This document shows, one piece after another, positions 51,201 to 59,176 of a DNA stretch of 64,000 bases (position 1 is its first letter; each line of letters begins with the position of its first letter). Under the pieces are notes generated by a model. It had not been told where the DNA came from. It did not search any database and worked only from the letters and a program-made list of their open reading frames with translations. The stretch comes from Terriglobia bacterium (GTDB lineage: Bacteria > Acidobacteriota > Terriglobia > Acidiferrales > UBA7541), in contig OY968796.1 in NCBI GenBank assembly GCA_963695545.1, positions 1,824,001-1,888,000 of the forward strand. The letters run 5' to 3'. Both the position numbers and the translations under genes were made by a program.

Positions 51201-51393
51201 AGCGTAGCGGACCCGGAATGGCCGTCTCCGCCGGATGCAATGACACAGAAGGGTTAACGTCGAAAGGCCGAGTCGCCGCTAGAGGTTCCGACGGCCCTAA
51301 TTGAGCGGCACTTCTTGTCGGAACGGACAGGCAGGAACAAGTGCAGAGAATAGCCGCTGGAAGAATCGTAGAGAGGCGAAAAGAGGATCTCAT
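48241..51393 (-). CDS. Large exported hypothetical protein (1050 aa)
   Basis: Long uninterrupted ORF with GGAGG RBS and signal peptide; no recognised motif. Confidence 0.8.
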   Translation of the reverse strand: MRSSFRLSTILPAAILCTCSCLSVPTRSAAQLGPSEPLAATRPFDVNPSVSLHPAETAIPGPLRSLLRMAGISQQVSPEEVLPLLARSVATLGYRGSGKDGDRPTEYLILLQRYLQEARELQTLAGSEGVIRVTTCNDAGALLTILGYRLEKTCGPEVYLETADPSRAFVTIDSGFPLADLEESLRAAKPFTYSFAPTQVPVLIGQDAWTAFKKDQVSSGGANDVVDVLVRDPDVSRLYWAMSQMDIETCDALNQSLGLAKLLPHAPVMDFYASNISIRSGRVVVPGGTPAEATWKDLVGASPDSPGEFVSHLLTKDNGWLVAFYDALSRGNKTQQAYFTDPTRMQLFYAALRGHDNSQTSFRSAYRPDAGLVLLVTQLQLDSSGQPFVPGNLDAWKYILGHDTESDPKVVGEWGRRATRWESPDNLVEGMFGLSRVEMMDSPLEIYLSLCEIDRGRSPEQRLTPETVRLLADKFSRFSDQYLMFSEFRDLSNASITDFMKVAEDLDHLPDGTVRGNAIGIFQAEVGLWQILARQGQMADASLNDSLQRVINPFVGITTSQQVFDAGRASLAALLHDATGKSDLSQDDIVALLAGPDQASPDGQQVRQEIAERIRSVMVAQRLVSLDTILALADGLDQMAKGKAVAASLLPLAAQLREFEMPQQILTSTEKNEWSSGQYDPRHTKLQMRTDLAKAIDSGSAQELIAARGELTPFLRDTLVGLNYAYYEPPGAQILHNDPLFVRSHEFVEVFADGGEPDWQTSTLSGRGLLAVGGSHLVGSLADLPFALADAEQDFIVPDNVQALIWEDLVPSMMTSAVLPRWWGVTPNELHAVALYQRTGEELLAAAAENDAVRQRVMDILSDCMLTQRSERVEDDLRAGHMDEVLAEVMPAETFYLAEEYRRIYPQDTDHWGASGNELAKLSTQYPAEVGPERLSEDFGIPHPALGQSDARELMNVKLLPTFESYSSRLMAESWESNNLYWARLADELGYSPVMLNQLVPELTRRMVEKIFATHYEDWPALLRAMRETGEEFREGKIAPLPKSVAVSEK

Positions 51394-51961
51394 CGCAAAT
51401 ACCTCCCGACTGGCTGCTACTTAATGGCGCCCAATCCAGCGACGCGAATAGCGGGAGAGGACTCGATCCGCTCCCCGATGAATCCTGCAATCTGCTGGCC
51501 TAAATAGCGAGAATCGCGAATTCGATTTGGAGTGCGCGTAAACCGGAATCATTCCCGTTTTACGCGACTAACGTGTTGGCGACCCCCCTTACTGGGCGCA
51601 AGGGTATGCCAATCCCTGGACGTTCGTCAATTGCGACAATGATCTCGACCGGGGGCTCGCAGGCCCGGATCGGCCAAACCCATTTTGGGGCGTGCCGCGG
51701 AAAAATTCCCGCGTCGTGCAGGCGCCTCGCTAGAGTTTCGACGCAATCTTCGCGATTCAATATTCGTGATGCGGCCCACGCAAGGCCGATTTGCGCTTGC
51801 TTGAGATTCCGTTCGGGTCGTTTCGACCTTTGACGATTCTCAGCGGACTGGATTTATCTGATGAAGTACAGAGTTGCAGGTGGGTACATGGCTCCGTGCC
51901 AGCTCGCGCAGGCATGGAACAAGGCGGTCGAGTCTGGACGCAAAATCAGCGCAGGGCGTGG

Positions 51962-52017
51962 TTGAAAACGAATTGTCGGGGCAAGAGGATTTGAACCTCC
52001 GACCTCTAGTCCCGAAC
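51962..52017 (-). repeat. Degenerate 3' copy of tRNA-Pro (att direct repeat)
   Basis: TTGAAAACGAATTGTCGGGGCAAGAGGATTTGAACCTCCGACCTCTAGTCCCGAAC versus TTGAAAACAAATGGTCGGGGCGAGAGGATTTGAACCTCCGACCCCCTGGTCCCGAAC at 62716-62772. Identity ends at the anticodon loop. Confidence 0.9.
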
Positions 52018-52254
52018 GAGACTCTAGCGCTTATTGAAATCCATGAATTCCTGTTGATTCTAAGTGATCGCTGTTGATACGTTTGAGGCCTTCTTGTTGA
52101 ACTCCGTTGAGTCTTGTTGAAGTTGGGTGTTTTCGCAGCTGCAAAATTATCTACAGTTTGGCTCCACGCTACTGCCGAGACCGAGTTCGCGTCGAGCTTG
52201 GAACTTTTAGGACGGACAGAGCACGATTGCCTTGCGTCTAAAATCCGATCGCAT

Positions 52255-53709
52255 CTATTCCGCTTCGGCGGCGTTTTCTCGTCTCCCGGAAGCGGTGAAG
52301 TACGATCCAGACGCAAGTCCGACTTTAAGTACCGGATCTTTTCGCGAGGATTCCGTAGCTTCCGGGGCGCTCGCGGGCCCGGGTGAAGTCCGATCATTTC
52401 TTGGTGAGGGAATCCCCGGCTCGGAAGTGTCGAGCCCCTCCTCGATATCTTGGCGAGACTTGAGGCTGAACGCGCCGCGCAAAGCTATGGGCGTCAATAA
52501 GGTAGTGAGTAGCACGACGGCGACCATAACGGCGACCTCGGACCTTCCGAAGATGCCGGTGTTGGCGCCCATCGCCGTGACAATCAACCCAACCTCTCCG
52601 CGCGACATCATGCCGCAACCAACGCGAAGACTGCGCACCCAGTCCATGCCAGACCCGAGAGCAGCGAGACCGCAGCCAATGAGCTTTCCGATAATTGCGA
52701 CGAACAAAATTAGAAGCATCAGCGTCCAATGTCCCGCAAGAGCGCGGTAGTCGCTGGAAAGGCCGATCGAAATGAAAAACAAGGGGATTAATAGTCCGTG
52801 CCCGATCGCATAAAAGCTGCGCTCCACATCCGCCTTGAATTGCGATCCGGCAAAGACGTAGCCCAACAAATATGCTCCGGTGATGCCTGCGACGCTGCCA
52901 AGCCATTCGGCGGATAGCGCATACACCAGCACCAGGGCCAACACGCAACTCGGGACCGCTTCCGTAGCCGTCAATTTTCGCAACTGGATAATTAGCGGGT
53001 CGAGCCAACGTGTCGCCGCCACGTAGCCGATGACGAAAAAGACTACGACGCTCACGCTGATCATCGCCATTTGCACGATCAGCGGGTGAGCGGCCGCCGG
53101 TGCCAACGTCTGCTGCAGCCAACGGCTGGCCATCGGGGCCGCGCCGAACGCCTCTCCCTTGCCCGGCACCGTCGACGCCGCAAGGAAAGCGAGCACGAAC
53201 AGACCCATCACATCGTCGATCACCGCAGCGCCCAGGATCACGGTTGCTTCCTGGGAAGCCATTCGGCCGGCGTCCATCAATGTTCGCGCGGAAATGGATA
53301 CGCTGGTCGCGGTAAGCGCTCCGCCCAGGAAGCACGCGGTCGTCCACGACAGTCCGAGCATGTGAGCCACTGCCGCGCCGAGCAGAAATGGCCAAATCAC
53401 TCCGGACAGTGCGACGACGAAAGCCGTGACGCTCGCTTCGCGCATGCGGTCGATGTCGGTCTCGATGCCCGCTATGAACATCAGCACCAATCCACCGATT
53501 TGCGCGAGGATGAAGAGCGCCCCGGTCGCCTGCCCGCCAGCAAACAGATGCATATGCAATAGGTTGAGCAGGCCGGGGCCGAACAAAACTCCTACGGAGA
53601 GCTCTCCGATGATCGGCGGGATATTAAAATGCGAGCATAGCGAAGCGGCAATTTTGCTGGCCGGAAGAAGGATGGCCAGAAGTACGGCAAGCTGAAGGGC
53701 CGGTTGCAT
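52255..53709 (-). CDS. Cation:proton antiporter (CPA2/NapA-like)
   Basis: PPIIGE, MFIAGIETD, ATSVSISARTL, GAAVIDD, PLFF.SIG, GKLIG and SRGEV motifs. Confidence 0.9.
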   Translation of the reverse strand: MQPALQLAVLLAILLPASKIAASLCSHFNIPPIIGELSVGVLFGPGLLNLLHMHLFAGGQATGALFILAQIGGLVLMFIAGIETDIDRMREASVTAFVVALSGVIWPFLLGAAVAHMLGLSWTTACFLGGALTATSVSISARTLMDAGRMASQEATVILGAAVIDDVMGLFVLAFLAASTVPGKGEAFGAAPMASRWLQQTLAPAAAHPLIVQMAMISVSVVVFFVIGYVAATRWLDPLIIQLRKLTATEAVPSCVLALVLVYALSAEWLGSVAGITGAYLLGYVFAGSQFKADVERSFYAIGHGLLIPLFFISIGLSSDYRALAGHWTLMLLILFVAIIGKLIGCGLAALGSGMDWVRSLRVGCGMMSRGEVGLIVTAMGANTGIFGRSEVAVMVAVVLLTTLLTPIALRGAFSLKSRQDIEEGLDTSEPGIPSPRNDRTSPGPASAPEATESSRKDPVLKVGLASGSYFTASGRRENAAEAE

Positions 53710-53711
53710 TC

Positions 53712-54293
53712 TTAGCTGGCGTCCACCGCCGCCAAGCCCTCCGCCTTTCCTCGATTCCGCGTGAATAAGCGCCGCACGCGACTGAACGCCAGCCACGGCG
53801 TTCTATAACCATTGCGATCGACGCCCTCCCGCATCATCGTTCGAATCGTCGCGGCCTGGCGCCGCGCCGACTCTGCTTGCGCGAGATTCTGTGCCAGTCG
53901 AGCGGCCCGCTGGGTGTGGTCCTCGGCTTTGGTGATTACCCGCAAGCGCATCCACAGTTCGCCCATTTTCAAATGCGCGATGAAACTATTGGGGTCAAGC
54001 CTCACAGCATCGCCCAACTCCTCCATCGCATCCTGCACCTGCAGATTCACGCACAGCGCCATGCCAAACACGACGCGCAGTTCCGAAATCTTCGGATTTT
54101 GCGCCACGCATTCTCGTAAGGCTTTCACCAACTCAGCGCGCTCCTCTTTCGCGAGCACGTTGGGATCGGCGAACATTCGCAATAGAAATCCTTGTGCGCG
54201 AGCCGGCACCGAGGCCAGGGCCAAGGAGGGCTGTCTCGCGCTCAAGAAGCTTTCTGAGTTTTCGTCTCTGCGTATGATTTCGATTTCGCCCAT
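53712..54293 (-). CDS. TPR-like repeat protein
   Basis: Helical repeats ALRECVAQNP...LRVVFGMAL and AVRLDPNSFIAHLKMGEL; its stop lies 2 bp from the antiporter start. Confidence 0.7.
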   Translation of the reverse strand: MGEIEIIRRDENSESFLSARQPSLALASVPARAQGFLLRMFADPNVLAKEERAELVKALRECVAQNPKISELRVVFGMALCVNLQVQDAMEELGDAVRLDPNSFIAHLKMGELWMRLRVITKAEDHTQRAARLAQNLAQAESARRQAATIRTMMREGVDRNGYRTPWLAFSRVRRLFTRNRGKAEGLAAVDAS

Positions 54294-54423
54294 GATGTTT
54301 GTGTCCTTAAACCTCAGGTTCGTCTGCCACCTTCGTGAAGCGATTGCCGAACGCCACGTCCCAGCAAGCAAGACGCGTGGCCGAGGCGCGTCTTGCCGCT
54401 AGGCGTGTACTGCAACTCGTTGA

Positions 54424-56094
54424 TCAAGACACCGCGTATTCCTTTTCTGCCTTGATCATCCAATCCGGTTCCGGGTTCAGAGCAAACTCGGGATATCCAA
54501 GTTGGCCCATTTCCGGAATGTCCAGACCGGCTATCTCTGTCTCGATCGAAACTCGCTGTCCGATCACGAATTCCAGAGCGAGGTTGACGAGGAAACTGAA
54601 GGTGAAGACGAATCCGATGAGCGTCGAAATGCCCACAAGCTGTGCGGCAAGCTGGCTGGCATCGCCGTAGAATAGTCCGGTGACCGAACCGGTGACTCCG
54701 TTCCACGCTCCGCCGTAGTTGCTTGTGCCGTCGGCAAGAAGCCCGACGGAAAGCACGCCCCACAGACCGCAGGTCCCGTGCACCGAGATCGCACCGACTG
54801 GATCGTCGACCTTCATGACGTTCTCGATGAAGGAGCAACTCAAGACGACCAAAACGCCAGCCACGAGGCCGATGATGCAGGCCCCGACGGTGCTCACGAA
54901 ACCGCTGGGCGCGGTAATCGCAACGAGGCCCGCGAGGAGCCCGTTGCCGCTCATTGAGTAGTCCACCTTGCCGTTCTTCATCCACATGAACAGCATGGCG
55001 CCGAATGTGCCGGTGCAACCGGCAAGCATCGTGTCCACCGCGATCGTGCCGATCCGCAGATTTCCTGCGGCGGACGCACCCAATGTGCTGCCGGGATTGA
55101 ATCCGAACCAGCCGAACGCCAGGATGAAGCAGCCGATCAGCACGGCCGAGACGTCGTGGCCGATGATCGGGTTGCCCGAACCATCGCGGTTAAATTTTCC
55201 GATGCGCGGTCCGACGATGATGCTGACAGCGAGCGCCGTAATTCCCCCCACGGCGTGCACCACACCGGAGCCGGCAAAGTCACAGTAGCCCTTGCCCAGT
55301 TGGTTGTTGACGCCGAGTTGGGAGAGCCAGCCGCCGCCCCAAGCCCAGTTGCCATAGATTGGATAAGTGAGTGCGCCCATGATCGAAGAAGACACGCAGA
55401 ACGCCAGAAACTTCCAACGCTCGGCGCATGCTCCGGTCACGATGGTCAGCGCAGTGTCCATGAACACCATCTCGAACAGGAAAATCACCATCACCCCGAC
55501 GTCGTACGTGTGGCCGGAGAGAAGGTGGCCGGTCCATCCGAAGAGGCCCCACGTCTTGCCGAAGAGAGAGAATGTGTGCTCGGCAGAGAGCGACTGAAGT
55601 CCTCCGAGGTTACCGTTGCCCGCGGCTCCGCCCATTTGTATGGCGAAGCCCATTAACCAGTAGGAGAACAGACCGCACGCGTACACCATGAAATTCATCA
55701 TGTACGTATGATTTGCGTTCTTCACGCGGGTTAAGCCCGATTCCACCATCGCGAAACCCGCCTGCATGAACATGACCAGGAAGCCGGTGACGAGCGTCCA
55801 GACGAAGTTGATCGCGATCTTGTTTTGTCCGACTTGGTTGGCCACATCCGGAAGCGTGAGCCCGGTGGTGGGATTGGAAACCGGTACATCGTTGATTGTT
55901 CCGGTGATCGTCCCGCCTGGATCGCCCTTCGCCAAGTCCGCCACGGTAGGAGCTTTGGCTGCCCCCGCCGCCAGTTCAGCGGTTGAGGCGGACGTAGGCG
56001 CCGCAGCTGGAGCCGGCGTCTGCGCACGTAGCGCGATCCCCGCAGCGAGCGTGATGATTGCGAGGCCGAAAAAAAGGTTCCGCATTTTTTTCAT
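54424..56094 (-). CDS. amt: Ammonium transporter (Amt family)
   Basis: FMQAGFAMVE.G, GACAER, WGGGWL, DFAGSGVVH, GPR.GKF, GWFGFNPGS, NGLLAGLVAITA, DDPVGAISVHG and E.AGLD motifs. Confidence 0.96.
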   Translation of the reverse strand: MKKMRNLFFGLAIITLAAGIALRAQTPAPAAAPTSASTAELAAGAAKAPTVADLAKGDPGGTITGTINDVPVSNPTTGLTLPDVANQVGQNKIAINFVWTLVTGFLVMFMQAGFAMVESGLTRVKNANHTYMMNFMVYACGLFSYWLMGFAIQMGGAAGNGNLGGLQSLSAEHTFSLFGKTWGLFGWTGHLLSGHTYDVGVMVIFLFEMVFMDTALTIVTGACAERWKFLAFCVSSSIMGALTYPIYGNWAWGGGWLSQLGVNNQLGKGYCDFAGSGVVHAVGGITALAVSIIVGPRIGKFNRDGSGNPIIGHDVSAVLIGCFILAFGWFGFNPGSTLGASAAGNLRIGTIAVDTMLAGCTGTFGAMLFMWMKNGKVDYSMSGNGLLAGLVAITAPSGFVSTVGACIIGLVAGVLVVLSCSFIENVMKVDDPVGAISVHGTCGLWGVLSVGLLADGTSNYGGAWNGVTGSVTGLFYGDASQLAAQLVGISTLIGFVFTFSFLVNLALEFVIGQRVSIETEIAGLDIPEMGQLGYPEFALNPEPDWMIKAEKEYAVS

Positions 56095-56144
56095 CTTTAT
56101 TCTTCGCTCCTAATCGTAAGATTGCCGGCGAGAGGCCGGCCCGT

Positions 56145-56537
56145 TCAGCTTTTCTTCCAAACCGCGTTCTTATTGAATGCCGCTGGCAAAACCACGATGA
56201 TCCCGAACAGACTCACGGCGATACCCACCAACGCAAGGGCAATTCGCCCGCCGGTGCTGGGAGTGAGGTGCATGCCGAAGAGCGTGATCACCCATCCCAG
56301 CGCTGCTACTGCGGCGCCGACCAATTTCATCGCGAGTGGGTTGGACTTGAGTGCGGTCTTGCCCTCCAGCGACTTGATACTCCACATTCCGAACAGGCTA
56401 CCGACCAACCCCGCCCCTCCGACGATCATGAGCACCGTGCCCGTTCCGCTGGGAGCGTAGTAGATGCCGGCACAAAGCACGGTCGCTGCCGCCAAGAACA
56501 ACGCGTAATAGTTTCCTTGCGATTTGTTCGCTGCCAT
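56145..56537 (-). CDS. Small 4-TM membrane protein of unknown function
   Basis: GAGGAGG RBS, four hydrophobic segments, directly upstream of amt. Confidence 0.75.
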   Translation of the reverse strand: MAANKSQGNYYALFLAAATVLCAGIYYAPSGTGTVLMIVGGAGLVGSLFGMWSIKSLEGKTALKSNPLAMKLVGAAVAALGWVITLFGMHLTPSTGGRIALALVGIAVSLFGIIVVLPAAFNKNAVWKKS

Positions 56538-56772
56538 TAAACCTTTCCTCCTCGACCCGAAAGGGTCATTTGCGAAGTAGCAAGTCCCGTATAACTTTCA
56601 CGCTTTCCCGTGGTCCCATTGCGCCCTGGTCCAGCCAGAAGCGACACCGATACAGATTGGCCCTCGTTGTCAAAAAGCTACTTTCTTCACGGCTGGATCT
56701 TGTCGCGTCGCGCGCCCGACTGAATCCGCGTCTTCAGACCGCGGAGAATGGCGCAAACGCGTACCGGGTGTT

Positions 56773-57081
56773 TCATCTTGTCCTCGCCACTTCCGGTGCT
56801 TGCGCGCGTGTTGGCACCGCAAGAAACATCACGAACTCCATCGCGACGGTCATCTCGGCGACCATGGGAGCTCCTCTCTGCGCCCGTATTACGAGGAGGA
56901 GTGCGACCATCGAAAACCACTGCCAACGGGACCGGCGCAGCCGTTCCAGGCGCGCCGGCAGACGAAACAGATTCCCAAACTCCAGTTTTCCACCGTCAAC
57001 CGCGGGTACGCTCGTGCGCAGGCAGGCGACAGCAAAAAACCCCGCAAGTATTATCTCGACAAGAAAATTCTGGTAACCCAT
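56773..57081 (-). CDS. Small membrane protein of unknown function
   Basis: GAGGGGG RBS, 2-3 hydrophobic segments, co-oriented in the operon. Confidence 0.65.
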   Translation of the reverse strand: MGYQNFLVEIILAGFFAVACLRTSVPAVDGGKLEFGNLFRLPARLERLRRSRWQWFSMVALLLVIRAQRGAPMVAEMTVAMEFVMFLAVPTRAQAPEVARTR

Positions 57082-57111
57082 GAATCCCCCCTCGTGTTGG
57101 GCCTCGACGGA

Positions 57112-57606
57112 CTAGGCGTGGCTTGAAATCCCCAGAGCCACTTCTTCTCCCATCGAGTCCTCGGCCGGCATGCTCACCAAAATCTCTTCCTCAAGCGAAA
57201 ATCGCAGACCAAAAAGTTTGGCCCGCATCGGCAGTGAACGTATTCTGGAAGCCACCTGATCGTGTCTCTTGATCGTGCCCGCGATGATGAGTTCCAGTGG
57301 CGCGCCCGCCGTGTATCGGAAGACCCGAACGCACGCCATGTGAAGATCTGCGAAGGCCCAGAACATGAACTCACGCACCCGCAGTGCGTCTCGCAGAGCT
57401 TGCGCGGAGGAATTGCGCTGCCCCACGCTCGGCGCCAACTCCGCGTCCCACTGATCGGCTGGCCGCGCAACCCAGTCGCATTCGGCGTAATCGCCGCGCA
57501 GTTCTATCCGCAGTAGCCTCAGGGGAGCGCGGGAAAGGTCGCCGTATTGGGCGCGCATCCTGAATTTACGGGCAAAATCGCCAACTTCACTCAAGCGCCT
57601 GATCAT
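57112..57606 (-). CDS. Hypothetical soluble protein (164 aa)
   Basis: GGGAGG RBS before MIRRLSEV; the upstream in-frame extension looks non-coding. Confidence 0.65.
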   Translation of the reverse strand: MIRRLSEVGDFARKFRMRAQYGDLSRAPLRLLRIELRGDYAECDWVARPADQWDAELAPSVGQRNSSAQALRDALRVREFMFWAFADLHMACVRVFRYTAGAPLELIIAGTIKRHDQVASRIRSLPMRAKLFGLRFSLEEEILVSMPAEDSMGEEVALGISSHA

Positions 57607-58146
57607 CGCTCCCTCCCTTCTGTTGCCCGCGTCCGAGATCCGGTCACCCTCAGCCGTTGCGCCGCCGCTCGTTCTCTCAGACGGCGGCAATTGTGCGTAC
57701 CGCGGTCGAGCGGCCAAGACTCGCTCGTGGCTCGCAATCGGGCGAGTAGATCGGTCCCCGCGCTCCGAGGGTCGCAGCGCGGCGCTCTGGCGGGCCCTGG
57801 GAGAGATATTCAAAAACTTTCTTTCCGTTTCTTGACTCAACGCTTTTCTCCGCGCGACTACTTTTTCCCACTCTGGAGGCAATGAGCCTACCGCCGAGGC
57901 GCAAACAACACGCCCCGCCCGTGCCACGGACGGTGTATGAAGACACGTCCGCGAAATTCGTTTTAGCTCGGCGTCGAGCCTAATTTAGCGATTGGTTCGG
58001 ACACGGCGTCGTGTCCGCGACAACTGAGAAGGGATTCCTCATCTCGGCAACGAGCGAGGAACTGAAGGCATCTTCGCCTTCGTGCGGAGATTGCAATGTT
58101 TCAGAAGAAGAGTCAAATGCAAACTTTGAATCAAGTCAATCGAATC

Positions 58147-58947
58147 CTATGACACTCCAGCAGAGGCCGTTCGCTTCCTGGATGCTGCGGAAATCGGAGC
58201 GGGAGTGCGCTTCAGGTCGTCGCTCAAAATGATTGCTTCGGCGATCTCTCTCATCGACTTTCGCCTTTCCTGGCTTTCGCGCTGAATAGTCCGGTAGGCG
58301 GAGTCTTCGGAAATTTTCAGTTCAGATTGCAATATGCCTTTCGCGCGTTCGATCAGCGTCCGCATTTCCAATTTCTTTAGAAGCAGAGAGTTCTCGTTTT
58401 CTAGCCGGACTCTTTCGATTTCGGAGCCCACCAGTACGCCAAGCGTCGCGATCAGGGTGATTTGGCGCTCGCTATATTGATGTTGTTTCCGATTCTGTAC
58501 GTTTACGACGCCGATCAACTTGCCGCCACTGACCACCGGGACGGACAGAAACGCTTCGAACCGATCCTCGGGCAATTCATTGAATAGCTTGAAGCGCCGG
58601 TCCTCGTAGGCGCGCTGCGCGACGACCACGGGTTCCCGATTCACGGCGACCCAACCGGTGATTCCTTGTCCCATTTTCATTGCCAAGCGGTCTACAACTT
58701 CGGGATGTGGATTCTTGGACGCTCGCAGGACGAGCTCGTCTTTTTCGAGCACGTAGAGCATGCACGAATCGCACTGCACGGCGGCGGTCACGAACTTCAC
58801 GACTTCTTCGAGGACCTCATGCATTGGAGCGGCCGCGGACAAGCGAACGGCGAGTCGATTCAGGAGAACAAAATCGATGTCGCGATTCGTCGCGCCGTTG
58901 TGGTCTCGGCTTACCGGAACTAAAGTCGCCCGCTGCAAGAGAGCCAC
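58147..58947 (-). CDS. GAF-ANTAR RNA-binding antitermination regulator
   Basis: GAF (LVLRAS, GQGITGWVA, D.RF, FLSVPV, IGVVNVQ) plus ANTAR (LIERAKGIL, EDSAYR.IQ.ES...RKSM.EIAEAII); GTG start 6 nt after AGGAGG. Confidence 0.92.
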   Translation of the reverse strand: MALLQRATLVPVSRDHNGATNRDIDFVLLNRLAVRLSAAAPMHEVLEEVVKFVTAAVQCDSCMLYVLEKDELVLRASKNPHPEVVDRLAMKMGQGITGWVAVNREPVVVAQRAYEDRRFKLFNELPEDRFEAFLSVPVVSGGKLIGVVNVQNRKQHQYSERQITLIATLGVLVGSEIERVRLENENSLLLKKLEMRTLIERAKGILQSELKISEDSAYRTIQRESQERRKSMREIAEAIILSDDLKRTPAPISAASRKRTASAGVS

Positions 58948-59176
58948 CAAGAGCCTCCTGTTCGTATACCTTCCACTTTGAAGCGACAGCCATGTCCGCG
59001 CGATCACGGTGGAAATGTCTGCGTTAAAGGTCGATTTTATCCTGGCGCTTCGCGAGAGCATCGCCGTCTTTCGGGGCGCCCAGGCTATCTTTTGGCTAGG
59101 GTAGGTATCATCGGAGGGTCTTGCTGCGATAATACGGTCAGCCAGAATGCGGTCCATGGGAGATTAATTCGCGCGT

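Noticed and set aside
51400..51960. Short ORFs between the 1050-aa gene and the att repeat
   Set aside because: No convincing RBS or motifs; treated as promoter/intergenic DNA.
47035..51961. Second tandem island at the same tRNA covering the VWA/1050-aa genes
   Set aside because: No further tRNA fragment, direct repeat or mobility gene was found near 47050.
51975..52017. Second functional tRNA-Pro
   Set aside because: Lacks the 5' half and D-arm, and the CCA is mutated; it is an att remnant.
56540..56690. Glutamine (glnA) riboswitch or sigma54 promoter upstream of amt
   Set aside because: The glnA core motifs are not seen, and the only GG-N10-GC match lacks the TTGC -12 element.
57877..57889. 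AGGC-AATGA-GCCT as an ANTAR hairpin
   Set aside because: It lies on the plus strand, opposite to the operon, and has a 5-nt loop.
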